DNA from: Raillietiella orientalis
Taxonomy: Eukaryota
NCBI GenBank assembly: GCA_036172245.1
Contig: JAYWIR010000029.1
Span: 1,178,001-1,242,000, forward strand
Direction of reading: 5' to 3'
DNA: 64,000 bases
Each line of letters begins with the position of its first letter. Positions within the stretch are counted from its first letter, which is position 1. The notes beneath the pieces were generated by a model, which worked only from the letters and a program-made list of their open reading frames with translations, made no database searches and had not been told where the DNA came from. A program made the position numbers and the translations under genes. Below are positions 48,392-61,166 of this stretch, piece by piece.

Positions 48392-51300
48392 GTTGCAGGT
48401 AATGACAAAAACTGTTATCCAGCATCTTATTAAATCTTCTACACTACATGACGTACATTGCAAATGTAACAAATGTATCTCTATAATTATTACTTGGGAA
48501 AAATTTGTTGCAAGAACTTTACGAAAAATAGGAAAACTTTTACTTATTCACCTGTTCTGAATCTATCAAATATTGAGACAAAACATTTCCTGTGAAAATG
48601 ATTTTGTTAAAATGTCTTAAACACATATTGTTCAATAAAATTTATATTAACGGTTTTAAGTCTTGTTTTTCTGCATAATCACTCATCATTTTAAAAATTG
48701 CTCATTATATCTACAACATAAGCATATCTACTGCAATTATATCATAATACTGGTGTTATGAAAGATTTAAAGAAAAACAACATTAGACTGCCTATCCTGT
48801 GTAAGCTAAAAAGAACTGGAAAACTGCAGGATTACATGCCACATTTTACTTGGCTGTTCAGAATGTTACCTGATCTGATCAAAGTTAATCGATCCCACAA
48901 AGAATAATCCAAATGACTTTGGGATTTGATCAGCAGCATCTCAGAAACAAACCATAAACTATTCTGATAATAAACTGAATGCTATGGTGAATTATTACAC
49001 AGAATACTCTCTAAATTCGAAAGACCATGCAGTCTAGTTAATTCATTAATCCTTTCATTCACTGACCATTCTAATTTGCATGATGCTTTTACTGGTTTTA
49101 CAGAAGTGCTCCACAATTTAAAGTCAATTCTCAATCTGAAACGTAAATAAACTTTCATGGTGGCAATTAACCATAGATTTACAATTAGAAGAATGTATAA
49201 CTCCATCATAAAATCCAATTAGAATTTCAATACCACTGCGCGCTCACATTATTATGTTATTCTGAAATTCCTTATAAACTTATACTTTACACACGTTTAC
49301 AAATAACAGAAGTCACTTTTCCAAATAGTTGCAAAAATGACTGCTGCACTCCCACAAACTTTCTTGTGAAATGTAACAAAAAATCCGATTTGAATTATGG
49401 TAATTGTTTTACATAAAACTTCGTATGGTATTAGGTCTTACGTATAGTGTATTGTGGAATACAGCCAAATAATATTCAGCTTTCACAGTAGTTTAGTGAA
49501 ATCTGCATCAACATTAATTTCAACCTGTACCAGCAGTATGAAACACTCATAAGTTTCCAAAGCAGGCATTGTTAGCATTGTTTCAGCATATCATAAGTAA
49601 CCTTTAGAAGCCCACAATTTATCGGGTTGAATTAGCTAAACAACTGCATAAGAAAATTCTGGATGGCTATCCATGTACCATATTTGGAAACTACACCATT
49701 TCCACAGATCGGCGAAAGACAACACAAAGGCTAAACTTCCAAATGGAAGGAAAACAATTCGGCATCATCATCTTTCAAAAAAGGTGACCCAAATAGAAAA
49801 ACAAGCACGATACTCGAAATCGACAAAATCTTATCTAACAAGTTTCGAGTTATGACACAATTTCGTGAGAGGAAACACGTCTATGGTGTACGACTCGGGG
49901 TTGGGCAACGGCAACGCTTGCGCAAATCTCATCTTGTGATAACAGCTGGTCTAGGGATGCCATTTGATTAGATGGAAGCAAACACTCGATCTTATTGAGT
50001 CATCTCAATCAGCAGTCTGCAAGAGCGTTCGATTTATAAGGGTTTTTTTTTTGGTAGTTTGTATGGATGAGCACTCATCATAGGCATGCACTATTACTGA
50101 TGAAAACCTAACTAGAAAGTAAAGCAGTTTTCCTTTTCTCTCTCTTCATTATATGTCTGTAAATTCATGAAACTTAACGAGTGGTGCTCATTGACATTAC
50201 GAAAAACCAATTTAAAAAAGATTCTCATGTGTAAATTAAGAAACAGAATTTAGTAACAGAAGGAATTCGCTGAACCTTCAAAAAAAAAACTGGGATATGA
50301 AAGTAAAGGTCTTCGTTGATGACAAAACAAATGAAAAGATGTGTTTCATAGCAATATTAATAGCAACAGTTGGATAATCTTTTCGTGAATTTTACAAAAG
50401 TTTCCAAAAGTTCCACAAGCGGAACCGACAGGTTTTTGTGAACTTTTGGAAGCTTAATTCTTGATAAATGCATTCGAAGAGACTACGATTCGGGATTCTA
50501 GGTAATGCAGACTAATGAACCTGAATGTAATTGCCATGAATTAATATAAACAAAATAAATCACGTGTGATAAAAGACTGAGTTGTTTTAAAAAGATTTTT
50601 CCATTACTATTCATGCAAAATCAAATTGCCCATATGAAAGCTTTAGATGCCAGTTCTGTACAGGAACCATAATACAAAATTAATCGATCAGTAGTTCTGT
50701 TTTTCAGAATATCGAAACTTGAAAACCGAGAACTCAGAAAGTATTTTTCATTTTAAGATTTCGTGGAAGATTTTCTTGCCCACTTAATTAAAAGTATACA
50801 TACAACATTCAGAGACTGAGAAAACTCAGTGGAGTTTCTACAGAAATAAAAAAAAACTAGATTCTTTCTACATGATTTACGGATTGATTGGCCGACATTC
50901 TCTGCTTAACTACAAAGATCTGAATCCTGTAAAAGAAAAAATCAGTGAGGAATACTTCAAGGTTTTATAGAGAATTAGCTCTCGTTTCCTCCTTCTTTTC
51001 GAAAACTAAGTTGTAAACTAAGTTCGGTTTGCAGAAGTTTAAGGAAACTATTTCTATATGTACTCAAAACTGCTAAACCAATCGAAAGAATAGGTCATGC
51101 ACTTAAAGTGCATAAAATGCTCATCACACACAAAAAAAAATTAAATGGATCTATGGAGTTTCCAGCTACAGCATCTGATTTATTGGTTTTGAGATCAGTA
51201 ATAAATGACTCAGAAGAATAACAGGAAGTGACAAACTGTTGAAATGCAAATGTAATTCAGAATATGGTGTACTTTCGTCTGTTTATTACTAAAGAAATTG

Positions 51301-52476
51301 TAGTCACATTACCGTTTACAGAACAGGCGTTTACAGAATTCTATCCGTCTGATCACTCGATTAAGTTTTATCTGCAGTCTTTTTATATTGGAACTACACA
51401 ATCATCCCGAAGAAGAATTATATTGCATTTATTACATTATGATGTTTATTGTATGGTCTCTACTTGATAAGTGGAACATCGTTAATTGAACCGTTTGCAG
51501 TTTTAGTTTTGGGCAAGGTTAAAATAAACCTCATTTCATTGAGATTATGCGAATTTTCTAATACACAGATTTCTTAATTTATCATAAATTTACAAAATTG
51601 CTAACTTCAGGATGCTTTATTTTTGAAATGCAACATATCATTCAGTTTAAAATGTTGATCATCAACATATCATTTAGTTTACGATGTTGATCATCATATT
51701 TATCTGTTTTATAGATGGGATATATTCTTCATTGAGGTTTGAAACTTCGCTCCCCAAAAATCAATAATCTTTCACTATTACTGATTATTTAATTGCAATA
51801 AGTATATTCACCTACTATTGATTTGATATAAATAATTTTGCAATCTAATTGTAGCTATTTTAGATTCATAAGGAAATATTTTCGATCAGATTGTTTGGTG
51901 TTCACATTTTTTGCATGTTTTGATTCAATGAGTTTTCATTAAAGTATGTCTTGTCTAATTTAACAACAAACAGCATTTATTATGTTAATTGAAAGCACCT
52001 CCAACTTGATCAAGATATTTAATTTTACTAGAAAATTTGTCCTCTTTGTGAAGGTTGTGTAATGTTGGTTTATTTCAGATTTGCTTTGGTAGTTTTAATA
52101 TGATGAATTTATTATCACCCTTTCATCTTAAAGAACTGTAATCATTTGCATTATTAGTATTTGGGTATTTAACAGCTTTTTTTTTGTGTGTGTTCTTCTA
52201 GGAACAAAAATTATTGGTAATATATCTTTACAAATACTGGTTTGAAAACCGGCATGCGTTCAACATTATTTATGTGCGTCGAAGTTGTACGTATTCTTTG
52301 AGATGCAGCCTTGTGGAAAGCTCGTGTCCCGATGTAGGATATATATTTTTTTAAACCCTTACATTCTTTCCATTGTTTTATAAATTTCATCATTCTTAAG
52401 AGTTGTTTTTTCGTAGGACAAGCTTGCAACAGCCAGTAGTTAAGAGCTTCAAGGCGGTATATTTGAACTTTTGACA

Positions 52477-53964
52477 ATGGATGTGGCAGAAATATTATGG
52501 TGGGAAACGTTAAGGAACTTAAATGAATTAAAGGACACCGTTTCAGATATATGTTTTCTCATGTGTGAATTGACTGGATTCAATAGACTGTGGGAAAAGG
52601 TACAGCATTATTTAATTAATGCTTACATAGTATAAATGGCGGAATCTTTTAAATTTTCTTCAAGCATAAGCATATTAAAGATGTATGTATGCATGGTGCT
52701 CCTAAAACTATTTCTAAAATATTTTTGCATTATGCCTTTTAATAAAAGCCTGTGGAGCATGTCGTTTGAGTTTATCGACAATTATAATGTATTTACAATT
52801 AAGATGTTGCTTACGTTCAATTTCAAGAATAACATGCTTTCATCGTAAAAATTTTTAATGTCGTGGCAGTATCTAATAATGATTTGAATTAACCTTTTCG
52901 AACACAGACGTATGTTTAGGTGAAAATTCCATTTAGTTTATAAAAATGATTGCCATCATATTCAAGTTCATTTTGTTTGTTTTGTTAGTGTTTTTCCCTT
53001 AAAATATATGAACCACATGGTAAAAGAAAGAATATCACAAGAATGCTTGGATCAGTTCTGTTTATGCACAAAAAAACCGAGAGACTGCATGTGAATAGTG
53101 CTACTTTACAGTTCTTCAAATGGACAGAAAATAAATGTAAAACAAAAGAGGAAGGCATAAATAATTTAAACTTTGAAAGTGAAGTTCAGAACTGTAGTGA
53201 ATTGAGGTAAATTTTTGGTTTACTTTTTAGCTTTGCGATTGATTAAAAATACATTATTTTGATGATATGTGCTCTGTATTGTAGAGATTTCTGTATGCAG
53301 CCAAGTAATGTTCCTCCACTAAAGTCTAGCACTCCAATTCAGGAATTGGAAGAAGAGTATGATAGTATGCAAACTTCTACATCTTGCAAAATGTGTCATC
53401 ACAAAGAAGACCAAATAAACAAATTAAAACAAGAAATTTTGGAGCTAATGAAACAGAAAGTTTGCAGTGTAATGAATAGTGGAATGTAGTAGCAAGTTCA
53501 CTTTCATGTTTTGTAGTTGAACCCAGCCCAAGAGTGCCAATCTTCAAGTTCAACAACTGAAGTGAAACAGATACCTCTTCCTCCACCCTTGCCTGTGACA
53601 CTTCTGTCAGCCAAAACAAATGAAAACTGCTCCATCAGTGTAAAAAAAAAAGCAGCTCAATCTTCTAAATCACATTTATCAAAAAATTCAAATTTCATCC
53701 CAAACATGAATGAACTTCTTCGGGATTTGAATAAGGTTAAACTGAAACCAGTAGCTCGGTTAGTGGAGATTTTTTTCCTAATCTTCATTATCTAATCTTT
53801 GCAACAGTTCTCCAGGTGGCACACCTTTACGTTCTACTCCCTTACGCTCTTCTACAATGGATGTCCTACAGCATGCTCTGAAAAAACGTTATTCCCAGAT
53901 GTTTGATTACAGCTCTGAGAAGGAAAATGAAGAGCCTAACTCATTAGCATCAGACTTTTTTTAA
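52477..53964 (+). CDS. Mitochondrial fission regulator (MTFR1/MTFR2) family protein; exons 52477-52599, 52989-53206, 53285-53459, 53517-53758, 53808-53964
   Basis: All introns are GT-AG and frame-consistent. PHGKRKNITRMLGSVL (cf. MTFR PYGxxRSIVRKIGTNL), coiled coil KINKLKQEI-type segment, PLPPPLP, PNMNELLRDLNKVKLKPVAR-SPGGTP, ALKKRY. Confidence 0.8.
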
Positions 53965-55189
53965 ACACTACGATTTTTCAGCAAAAGTATTAGCCAAAAA
54001 TAGCATGAATGCAGTAAACATTTTTTTCTAGACTAAAGCTTGTTTGCTTTTCTACATTCAAAAATATTAGCATTGTATGCTTGAGAAATTGAGATGTGAA
54101 AATTGTACAGCTCAAAAGAAAAAGCTTATTGACAAGACTAAGTAAAGAAGCATCAGATCATAGATTGTACACCAAGCTTCTCAAGTTGTTTGTTATTTCA
54201 TTGGATATGGCAGCACAAAGTGGTGTTTTGGAAGAACTAATTTAATATAACAGAGCTTACAAACATTTACAAAGTTTTATGAATTCCTTGGATTAAAAAA
54301 AAATCTGATAAACATAAAATCTGGGAATAGTCCACATAAAAAAAAAGAGCGCCTTAGCATGGACTCCAAGGTGCAGGCATATTAAAGGGTGGACTCTAAA
54401 GGGGAATAACGAAAGCATGAAAACGAAAGAATAGTGGCGCTTTTGCTAAAATAATGTGTAACGCTGTAGATGCACGTCGTAAAATCCAACGCGGCATAGA
54501 ACCTAAGAAAATTATTGTTATACTAATTTATTTATAATAAAAAAACAAAATAACGGTAAGGGGCGAAATCCAACCTTTAAACGAAGGCACAAACAACAGT
54601 TCCCTGGTTTGAATACGAATATTAACTTGCGTAATTACTTCATGGAAAAACTAATTTAAAAGTCAATTCACATTTACATTTTACGAAAGGTCACGGTAAT
54701 CTAGGAAACGATGCTACTCAGTTTTACACCTTAATGTCGTGTATAATTCCAGGACAAAAAGCATGCATACAGCCTAATAAGTACAGCAAAGTTGCATCAT
54801 GCAAATGCCGGCTGAATGGAAGTTTTCATTATCGGAAATCACGTACCACAAAGATGTACTGGCACTCGTAGCAGAGCTGCCATTAAATAAACAATGAACA
54901 ATAACACTGAGCTCATGAAGAAAATAGATGTACATCAAAATTTTAGTTTATATGATAATTTAAATGCGCCACACCTCAGCTGAAAATTACAGTCACTTCA
55001 CGCTGTTGCGATGCAGCATTACCAGGTGTCTCAGACAGATGAAAAACCGAAAGAAAACATTTTACCGGCCACAGACATATTCTGCATAAAGTATAAGTCG
55101 TATTATTCATTTAGTTAATTGCTTTTCATTTTATTTCCACTTTCGGAGCCCACTCATTGGTTAGCTAAAGACATGATGTACGGAATCAC

Positions 55190-56400
55190 AGTGGTCAAAA
55201 GTGCCGATTTCTAGGTATTGATTGTCAGATCCAGTCTGTCCTTCATTGACCTAGCGATATCCAAGAACTCATGTTGATCCTTCTTATTCTTCATAGACAT
55301 CATCTGCTTACTTCAGGTTTGTCATTCTTGATCCATTCATTTTTAGTTTTTTTCCAAAGGCAGCCCCTATGGATCATTGACGAATCTGCCTCCATGTACA
55401 GGACGAATCGCACTGTACTAAGAGAGTCTCCTTGCAGGATGCCTCTTTCCATCCTAATTCTATTCGTCTCCCGTTTGTTGTGGATATTCAAAATGCGTTT
55501 CCCTGAAGAAAGACACCACATGCTTGTAGAGTCCTCTTGGGAACCCCAGCTCTTCCAAAATCTACACTAGCATTTCGTCTTCCACAGTATCAAACACTTC
55601 CTCCATGAGCACGATCATTGCCATTGTGGCCGTATAAGTTGATGCTGATTGGATACTCCTCACGTTATCACATGAGACACTCGGATAGTGCGTATATCTG
55701 CGTAGGAGAAATTACTGCTTCCATGATGGATCTTAAGTAGTCGGTACAGCTCTCTGCCAGTTTCTTTGCGTCTATCTTCAGGATGGAAATATTCTACTGG
55801 ATGATCCTGCTAAAACCCCATTCTTTTGGCAACTTGTCTCATCCTACTCCTACTCCTGTAGGGTGAGCTGGAGATCTTCCTATTTCTTAACCTTGAGAAT
55901 CAGTTTCTAGGACAAAGGCAGCTAGACATGCATATAGCACTGATACTAAAAGATGGGCACATTCTTAGTTCTGCATTAACATCCTTTCTCAGTATCGTGA
56001 ATACATCCTTGATCTTTAGGATGGGAAAGTCTTCAATCATTTTTTTTTCTGCAGCTGGTCCTTTTTATGAAAGTGCCTCAGGATGACTTGTTCTGTCTTG
56101 CTTAGATGTTTTCATAGGTAGTGGTTGATATCAAAGTGCTCCAAGACACCATTCCTTCCCATGGAAGATGGAATTGGGTTTCTTTCTGGATGCAGAAGAT
56201 ATAGGAAGCATTATTCCTTTTCTCAATTTGATATCTTCAATTTGAACATAAGTTATGGCAGCATATCAAACAATGAACAAAGAGTTGCATCAAAATGCGG
56301 AAAAAAATATCAGCAAATCGAACAAGAAATAAGCAGAAGTGAGGTTTTGCATATTCAGGAAATATGCCATTACAATAAAGGTAAGCTTGACTGGTCCAAC
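55190..56400 (-). mobile_element. Decayed non-LTR RT fragment (R2/R4/NeSL-like), target of SINE copy 2
   Basis: RGILQGDSLSTVRF (ORF 55300-55521), upstream EVFDTV (cf. KAFDSV), downstream LDLTIN (cf. GLxxN). Confidence 0.6.
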
Positions 56401-56418
56401 GTCTCATTGGATGCTTTC

Positions 56419-57442
56419 TGTTTTTTATTTGTTATTTTTTTTAGCTTTTTTTTTTTTTTTAAGAGTTTTCTTTTTTTTTTCTGGTTTGCTAAGTAACCTC
56501 AAGAGCCGGTAGCGTGCCTCGCGGAGCACGTCGCTCTTTTACATTAAATACACTGTTTTGTTTCCACACCCCTCCGCCCGCGGCAACCCGCAGGGGGGCG
56601 TGTAATTCTTCAGTGTAATTTTCTTCAGGATAGGAGGGCACCCCGGAATGGGGGTCCGCCCTATGAATCCAGGAAGGGCTCGGAGTCCGTTCCTCTCACG
56701 CTTGGAGAGGAATTCCCCCCGGACGAGGGGGATCGCACCTCCCACCCTGGTTGTCTCCGAAGGGGAACCCCGAAGGGAATCTCCTTCCTCATCCTCTCCG
56801 GAGGGACAGCCCCTGGGAGGGGGGGGTCCTCTCCATTTCAACTTCTCCGAAGGGAACCCGGAAAGGGATCCGCTAGCAGGAATTTCTTCTCCGGAGGGAA
56901 CCCGCAAGGGAACCGCTCCTGTGCACTCCTCTGAAGAGAACCCCGAAGGGAGGCTTCCGAAACTCAGAAGGGGCGCTGCAGCTTCCCGCAGGGAATCGCT
57001 CTCGCTTGCTTCCTTGTGCACTCTGTGAAGAGGCGACGACTCGGAGGGCCCCCGCAACAGGGGGGATCCGCTCCTTTGAACAACTGGAGAGGTGCCCGTG
57101 AGGGCTCCTGCTCCATCTTGAAACCGGAGAGGTCCCCCAGTGAGGGGGTCCACTCTCCGTTGTACGACCGGAGGGGGAACTCCCCACTCCTTTATTCCTG
57201 GGAAGACCCGAAGGTCAATTTCCCATTGTTCCGGCCTTCATCGGGGGCCTCCGGCTTTATCCACCGCCGATGCCACGCCCGAATGTCTCGGCCAACCAGC
57301 GCCATTGCAGGAGAAACTCGGAATCCGACGACGCAGTGGCGTCAGAGTTTCTACGGAAGTATTCGAACTCGCGACACATGGTGCCACACGCGGAAGCCTT
57401 AACCACAAGGCCTCCGACGCGGGCACTGCCGCGTCGGAGGCT
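56419..57442 (-). mobile_element. Long tRNA-headed SINE-like retroposon, copy 2 (~1.02 kb)
   Basis: Reverse-complement match to 36965-37950. 12-bp TSD TTGGATGCTTTC at 56407-56418 and 57443-57454. Ends in an A-rich tract. Confidence 0.85.
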
Positions 57443-58439
57443 TTGGATGCTTTCATCGCTGTCCTTTCTAGAGCGTCGACTACCCAGCCGTGATGAGAGA
57501 CTGGCACACTTCCATCGCAATACAGAAGACGACCTTATCTTCGTTTGAGTTCGAGTGCTCCACACTGGCAGATGCTCTTCACTGTTCACGGCATTGGGGA
57601 GGTGGAGAAGGGAACGCTCAGGGTATCAAATCAGCCACTGATGAGAACTGTCCTTGGTCGCGTTGCAGGATTCAACTCACCCAAGTCCTATTGTGATGTC
57701 TCCTCCGTCTATGGGAAAGGCTGTTTAAAAATATCAGGTTATTGCCATTTCGGAAAAACATAAAGCCTCAGCTTTACAAACTTTCACTCTCGTTGTAAAT
57801 TAAAGATTGGGTCTAGAACAAGTATTTATCAATACACTATCGGTTGCTTATCATCTAACAGATTCAAGTGTTCACAATTGAACATTCTGATTTCTTTAAA
57901 ATTCCGATTTTTCAAAAACCATGGTGCCTCAATTCATAAATAATTCTATTTTTTGATGCAAAAAATTTATCATAAATTTTTTCCGATTCTGTTGAAGAAG
58001 TGGAGTAATCTCTTACTGTCTTTTATTATCCATGAGTCTTAAACTGTATTTCAAAATCATTACCTGTTTAGATCTATCCATCATTAAAAACATTGGTTTC
58101 CCTGCATTCTCACTCTTCATCACTCATTCTCACTCTTAAGTGAAATGTTTGTTATTTATTAATGTTTTATAACCCTTACGTGTATCCATAATCACGAGTT
58201 CTCTATAATCCTATCTCAGAAAGAATCTTTATCTACCTTACAGAAAAACTGCCTCTCTTAAAGCTATTTCAATAAAGTTTCGTATATGTCTTGAACACTC
58301 ATCCAAGGCTTTTGCAGACAGATCACTGGGATGACTCGACATATGTAATCTACCCGGCGAGACCGACAACTTGGTTGCTGACAGTTGCTGCAAACAATCA
58401 ATGTAACTCTTCATTATTTGGCAGTGCATGGTTTATCTC

Positions 58440-59420
58440 AGAGGATGTCGCGTTTGGTAGCAAAAAAAAATGCTTCAGGTACCATCAGTGGACGAAGATT
58501 TTGGGGGATTTTGTGCCCGGAGAGTTCGATAGTAGGTCCAAGAGAGTAGCAGTGATATCAAAAGCATATGGGCGATGGGAATACATGCGCCTGAAAGAAG
58601 TGAGGTAAAATGGACGTTTGAGAGAGAGGTATCCTATACAACAATCGGGGACTCAACGTTTAAAGCGAATTTCAGAAAGGGAATCACCTCAACAATCAAA
58701 TCGCATAATTGAACTGAAGGTAGCATGGATATGCTTTTCTGCAAAACATCCGTATCAAGGAAAGGCCATATGCTACGGCATTTACATTTAACAGCGAACG
58801 CCTTTGTTTTATATATTAGAGGTTTATTTCTGAGGAGCGACTCAATCTCCTGCCTGTGTGGGCATAGCCCATCAAGGACGATGCTGGTCGCTAGTACAGA
58901 AGGTGTGTAAGATAGGACGAATCTCTAGATCGCATTCTCAAAAGGCTCATTTACTACCGGACGATAATCATAAAGAGGCATGACGAGACCCTGAAGCACT
59001 GGAATTTGGTAGCTGTCAACCAGACTATTCTGGAAGTGGATTGAAAGTGAAACCTTGATGTAGTGCTCCGGATAGAAGGGAAGGTTATTAATGAGGACAT
59101 TGCTAGCTTCTATGAGTCTGCATCAGTGGATTACTGGTATTGGAGAAGTCAAGACAGAAGAGCGAGAGCAAGTATTGAGAACTGATCTTCCATTTGTCCT
59201 CCAAAGGAGTGCCCGTTATGATGAGAGGAGTCTTAGTAGCATTCTCTAGGCTCTTGGGATCTAGGAAATGACATTTGATGGAATTGGAAATTCCTAAGAG
59301 TCAAGTAGAGCCCATTAGAAAAGAAATGATGGTTGAACATCCATTATTCTCAGGACGTGCACTGGAAACATCATATGGGTCACTCCCGTAATTGAAGAAC
59401 CCTTGAAAATCTCTGGAGAG
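58440..59420 (+). mobile_element. Possible decayed non-LTR ORF1 knuckle plus APE endonuclease fragment
   Basis: Remnants KKCFRYH, GLNV, AFLQN (cf. LQET), VDYW (cf. IDY), GHSPV-like (cf. SDH). Confidence 0.3.
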
Positions 59421-59711
59421 CTAAAGAAAAAAGAGAATTTGATTTTATGATTTTGAATAAGAAAAAATGTTCTATACTAGAAGTGCAAGTCCAGCACCTA
59501 CGTAGAGAGTCCAGTGTTTTCCAAACTAAATAGATTTATGCAAATATGAGGCGACCATCCATGTTGTCTTGTTTCCTAAAGAAACAAACATAAAACAGTG
59601 AAAAATCATTATGTCTGTGTGTGTCATTTAATAATGAAGCGAATGATGTGTATTCTAAATATGAAGAAAAGCTTTAGATGTGCCTGTAAGAAAACTGAAC
59701 ATACACATCCT

Positions 59712-60687
59712 TCAGACACTGCTTCCTACACTAAATCTAAGCAATAGACATGTATGCACTTTTTTGAAACAAGAATTCTGTTCTTTCAAAACACTGATGC
59801 ACTTGATTGAATCAAGAACACTAGGTCGTGAAAACTGTTTATCATAAACTTGTATTTTTAAAATGGATAATTTATACAAACTTAGAGAAGTGCCAATTAC
59901 ATCCATAAAAAGTGTTATAATTGATGATGAATTGCATCCACTAAGTGGCAACTTTAAGAATTTGAAAAGGAGCCTTGAGGTGACGTATTTTAAAAATCTT
60001 GCGATTTTCGAAGAATAATTTTTATCAGCATAAGCACAAACAATTATTTCTATAATGTTAACTTTCACAAGTGTGACAAATTTCTTGATTTCATTTACCA
60101 TATCTATTGACATACACTAGATTTCAATCCAAAGTTCTGATTCTGATTTAAGACGATATAGTTATTATGCACGAAGTGTAAAATGGCTTTACATTTTTGC
60201 AAATCGTAGGATTGCGTTTATTTTTTGAAAACCCAATTCATGGTTTCGATGAACGGAACGGAAAGTCTATGTCTGTAGTAAACAAAGGGTGTCGATTTGT
60301 GTTTGGTTTCTATATAAATCAAGAAACCTGAAAAGTGTCCAAAAAATGGAATACTAAAATCGTAAACTCATAGTTTGAGTTAAAGAGTAGTTTCCTTAAT
60401 AGTTTCCTCTCCGTTTCTCGCCATTCCTTAGCTTGAAAAGAACTGTCACATCAGCTTGTGTGAACTTTGCCTTCTTCATTGAGATCCATTATAATTTTGT
60501 ATTTTTCCTTCAAGTTTGTGAAATACCTCAAGTGCTGGATTACATCGGATAATTTTTTGCGTGGATTTTTGTTTTCGCATGCACATAGTTTATGCATACA
60601 CGATCTGGATGCTGAACATACTGAACTTGCTGCATGGTAAATTTGCAAATTTCGTTGATGTATAAAATCATTAATAGTTATGAACAC
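59712..60687 (-). other. Two unidentified ORFs (59712-60113, 60451-60687), divergent from NOC4L
   Basis: 133-aa and 78-aa open frames in AT-rich DNA where long ORFs are otherwise uncommon. No recognised domain. Confidence 0.25.
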
Positions 60688-61166
60688 ATGTATGATAAAC
60701 TAATTATGTGGAAGAAAATTGAGTGTTGAACGCCAAATGTTTCTCCCAAAGTGTTTGGTGAAAGAGCACTTGTGAAAACAGATCTCTAGGTTAATGAAAT
60801 TATTGTTACATTGTCGTTTGATTTGCCGCCATTTTTGCATTGTAATAAAAAATTAAATACTGCTCGGTGTTTTATGTAAAATCTTGAATTTGTTCTCAAA
60901 ACGGTAATTGTACTATGTTTTGTAATCATAAGGCTGTACCATGAAGAAAGATCCATTGCATTAGGTTGTATAATTATCCAGTCAAATGTTAAATGCTTAA
61001 CAAATGTGTGACTTTTATAGTAAATTGCATGGGAGTTTAATAATTTGTCGACTTACATGTATATGTATTTGATTACTATTTGGATGATCCCAAGTGCTTA
61101 TTTGCTATTATTTTTTGTACTAAGTTTGTGTAATTTAATCTGCAACAATAGTTTGTTTTCTTGCAG

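Noticed and set aside
48600..49860. Possible minus-strand gene between ZSWIM7 and MTFR (ORF 48982-49218)
   Set aside because: No recognisable domain and no consistent exon chain could be built.
51631..51694. 32-bp tandem duplication
   Set aside because: A simple two-unit local duplication with no further structure.
56539..57153. 204-aa ORF in SINE copy 2 as a protein-coding gene
   Set aside because: The equivalent frame in copy 1 is broken after 121 aa, the sequence is low-complexity and no domain is recognisable.
36965..57442. The two inverted ~1-kb copies as terminal inverted repeats of one 20-kb element carrying ZSWIM7 and MTFR
   Set aside because: Each copy has its own distinct TSD and A-rich tail, which indicates independent retrotransposition.
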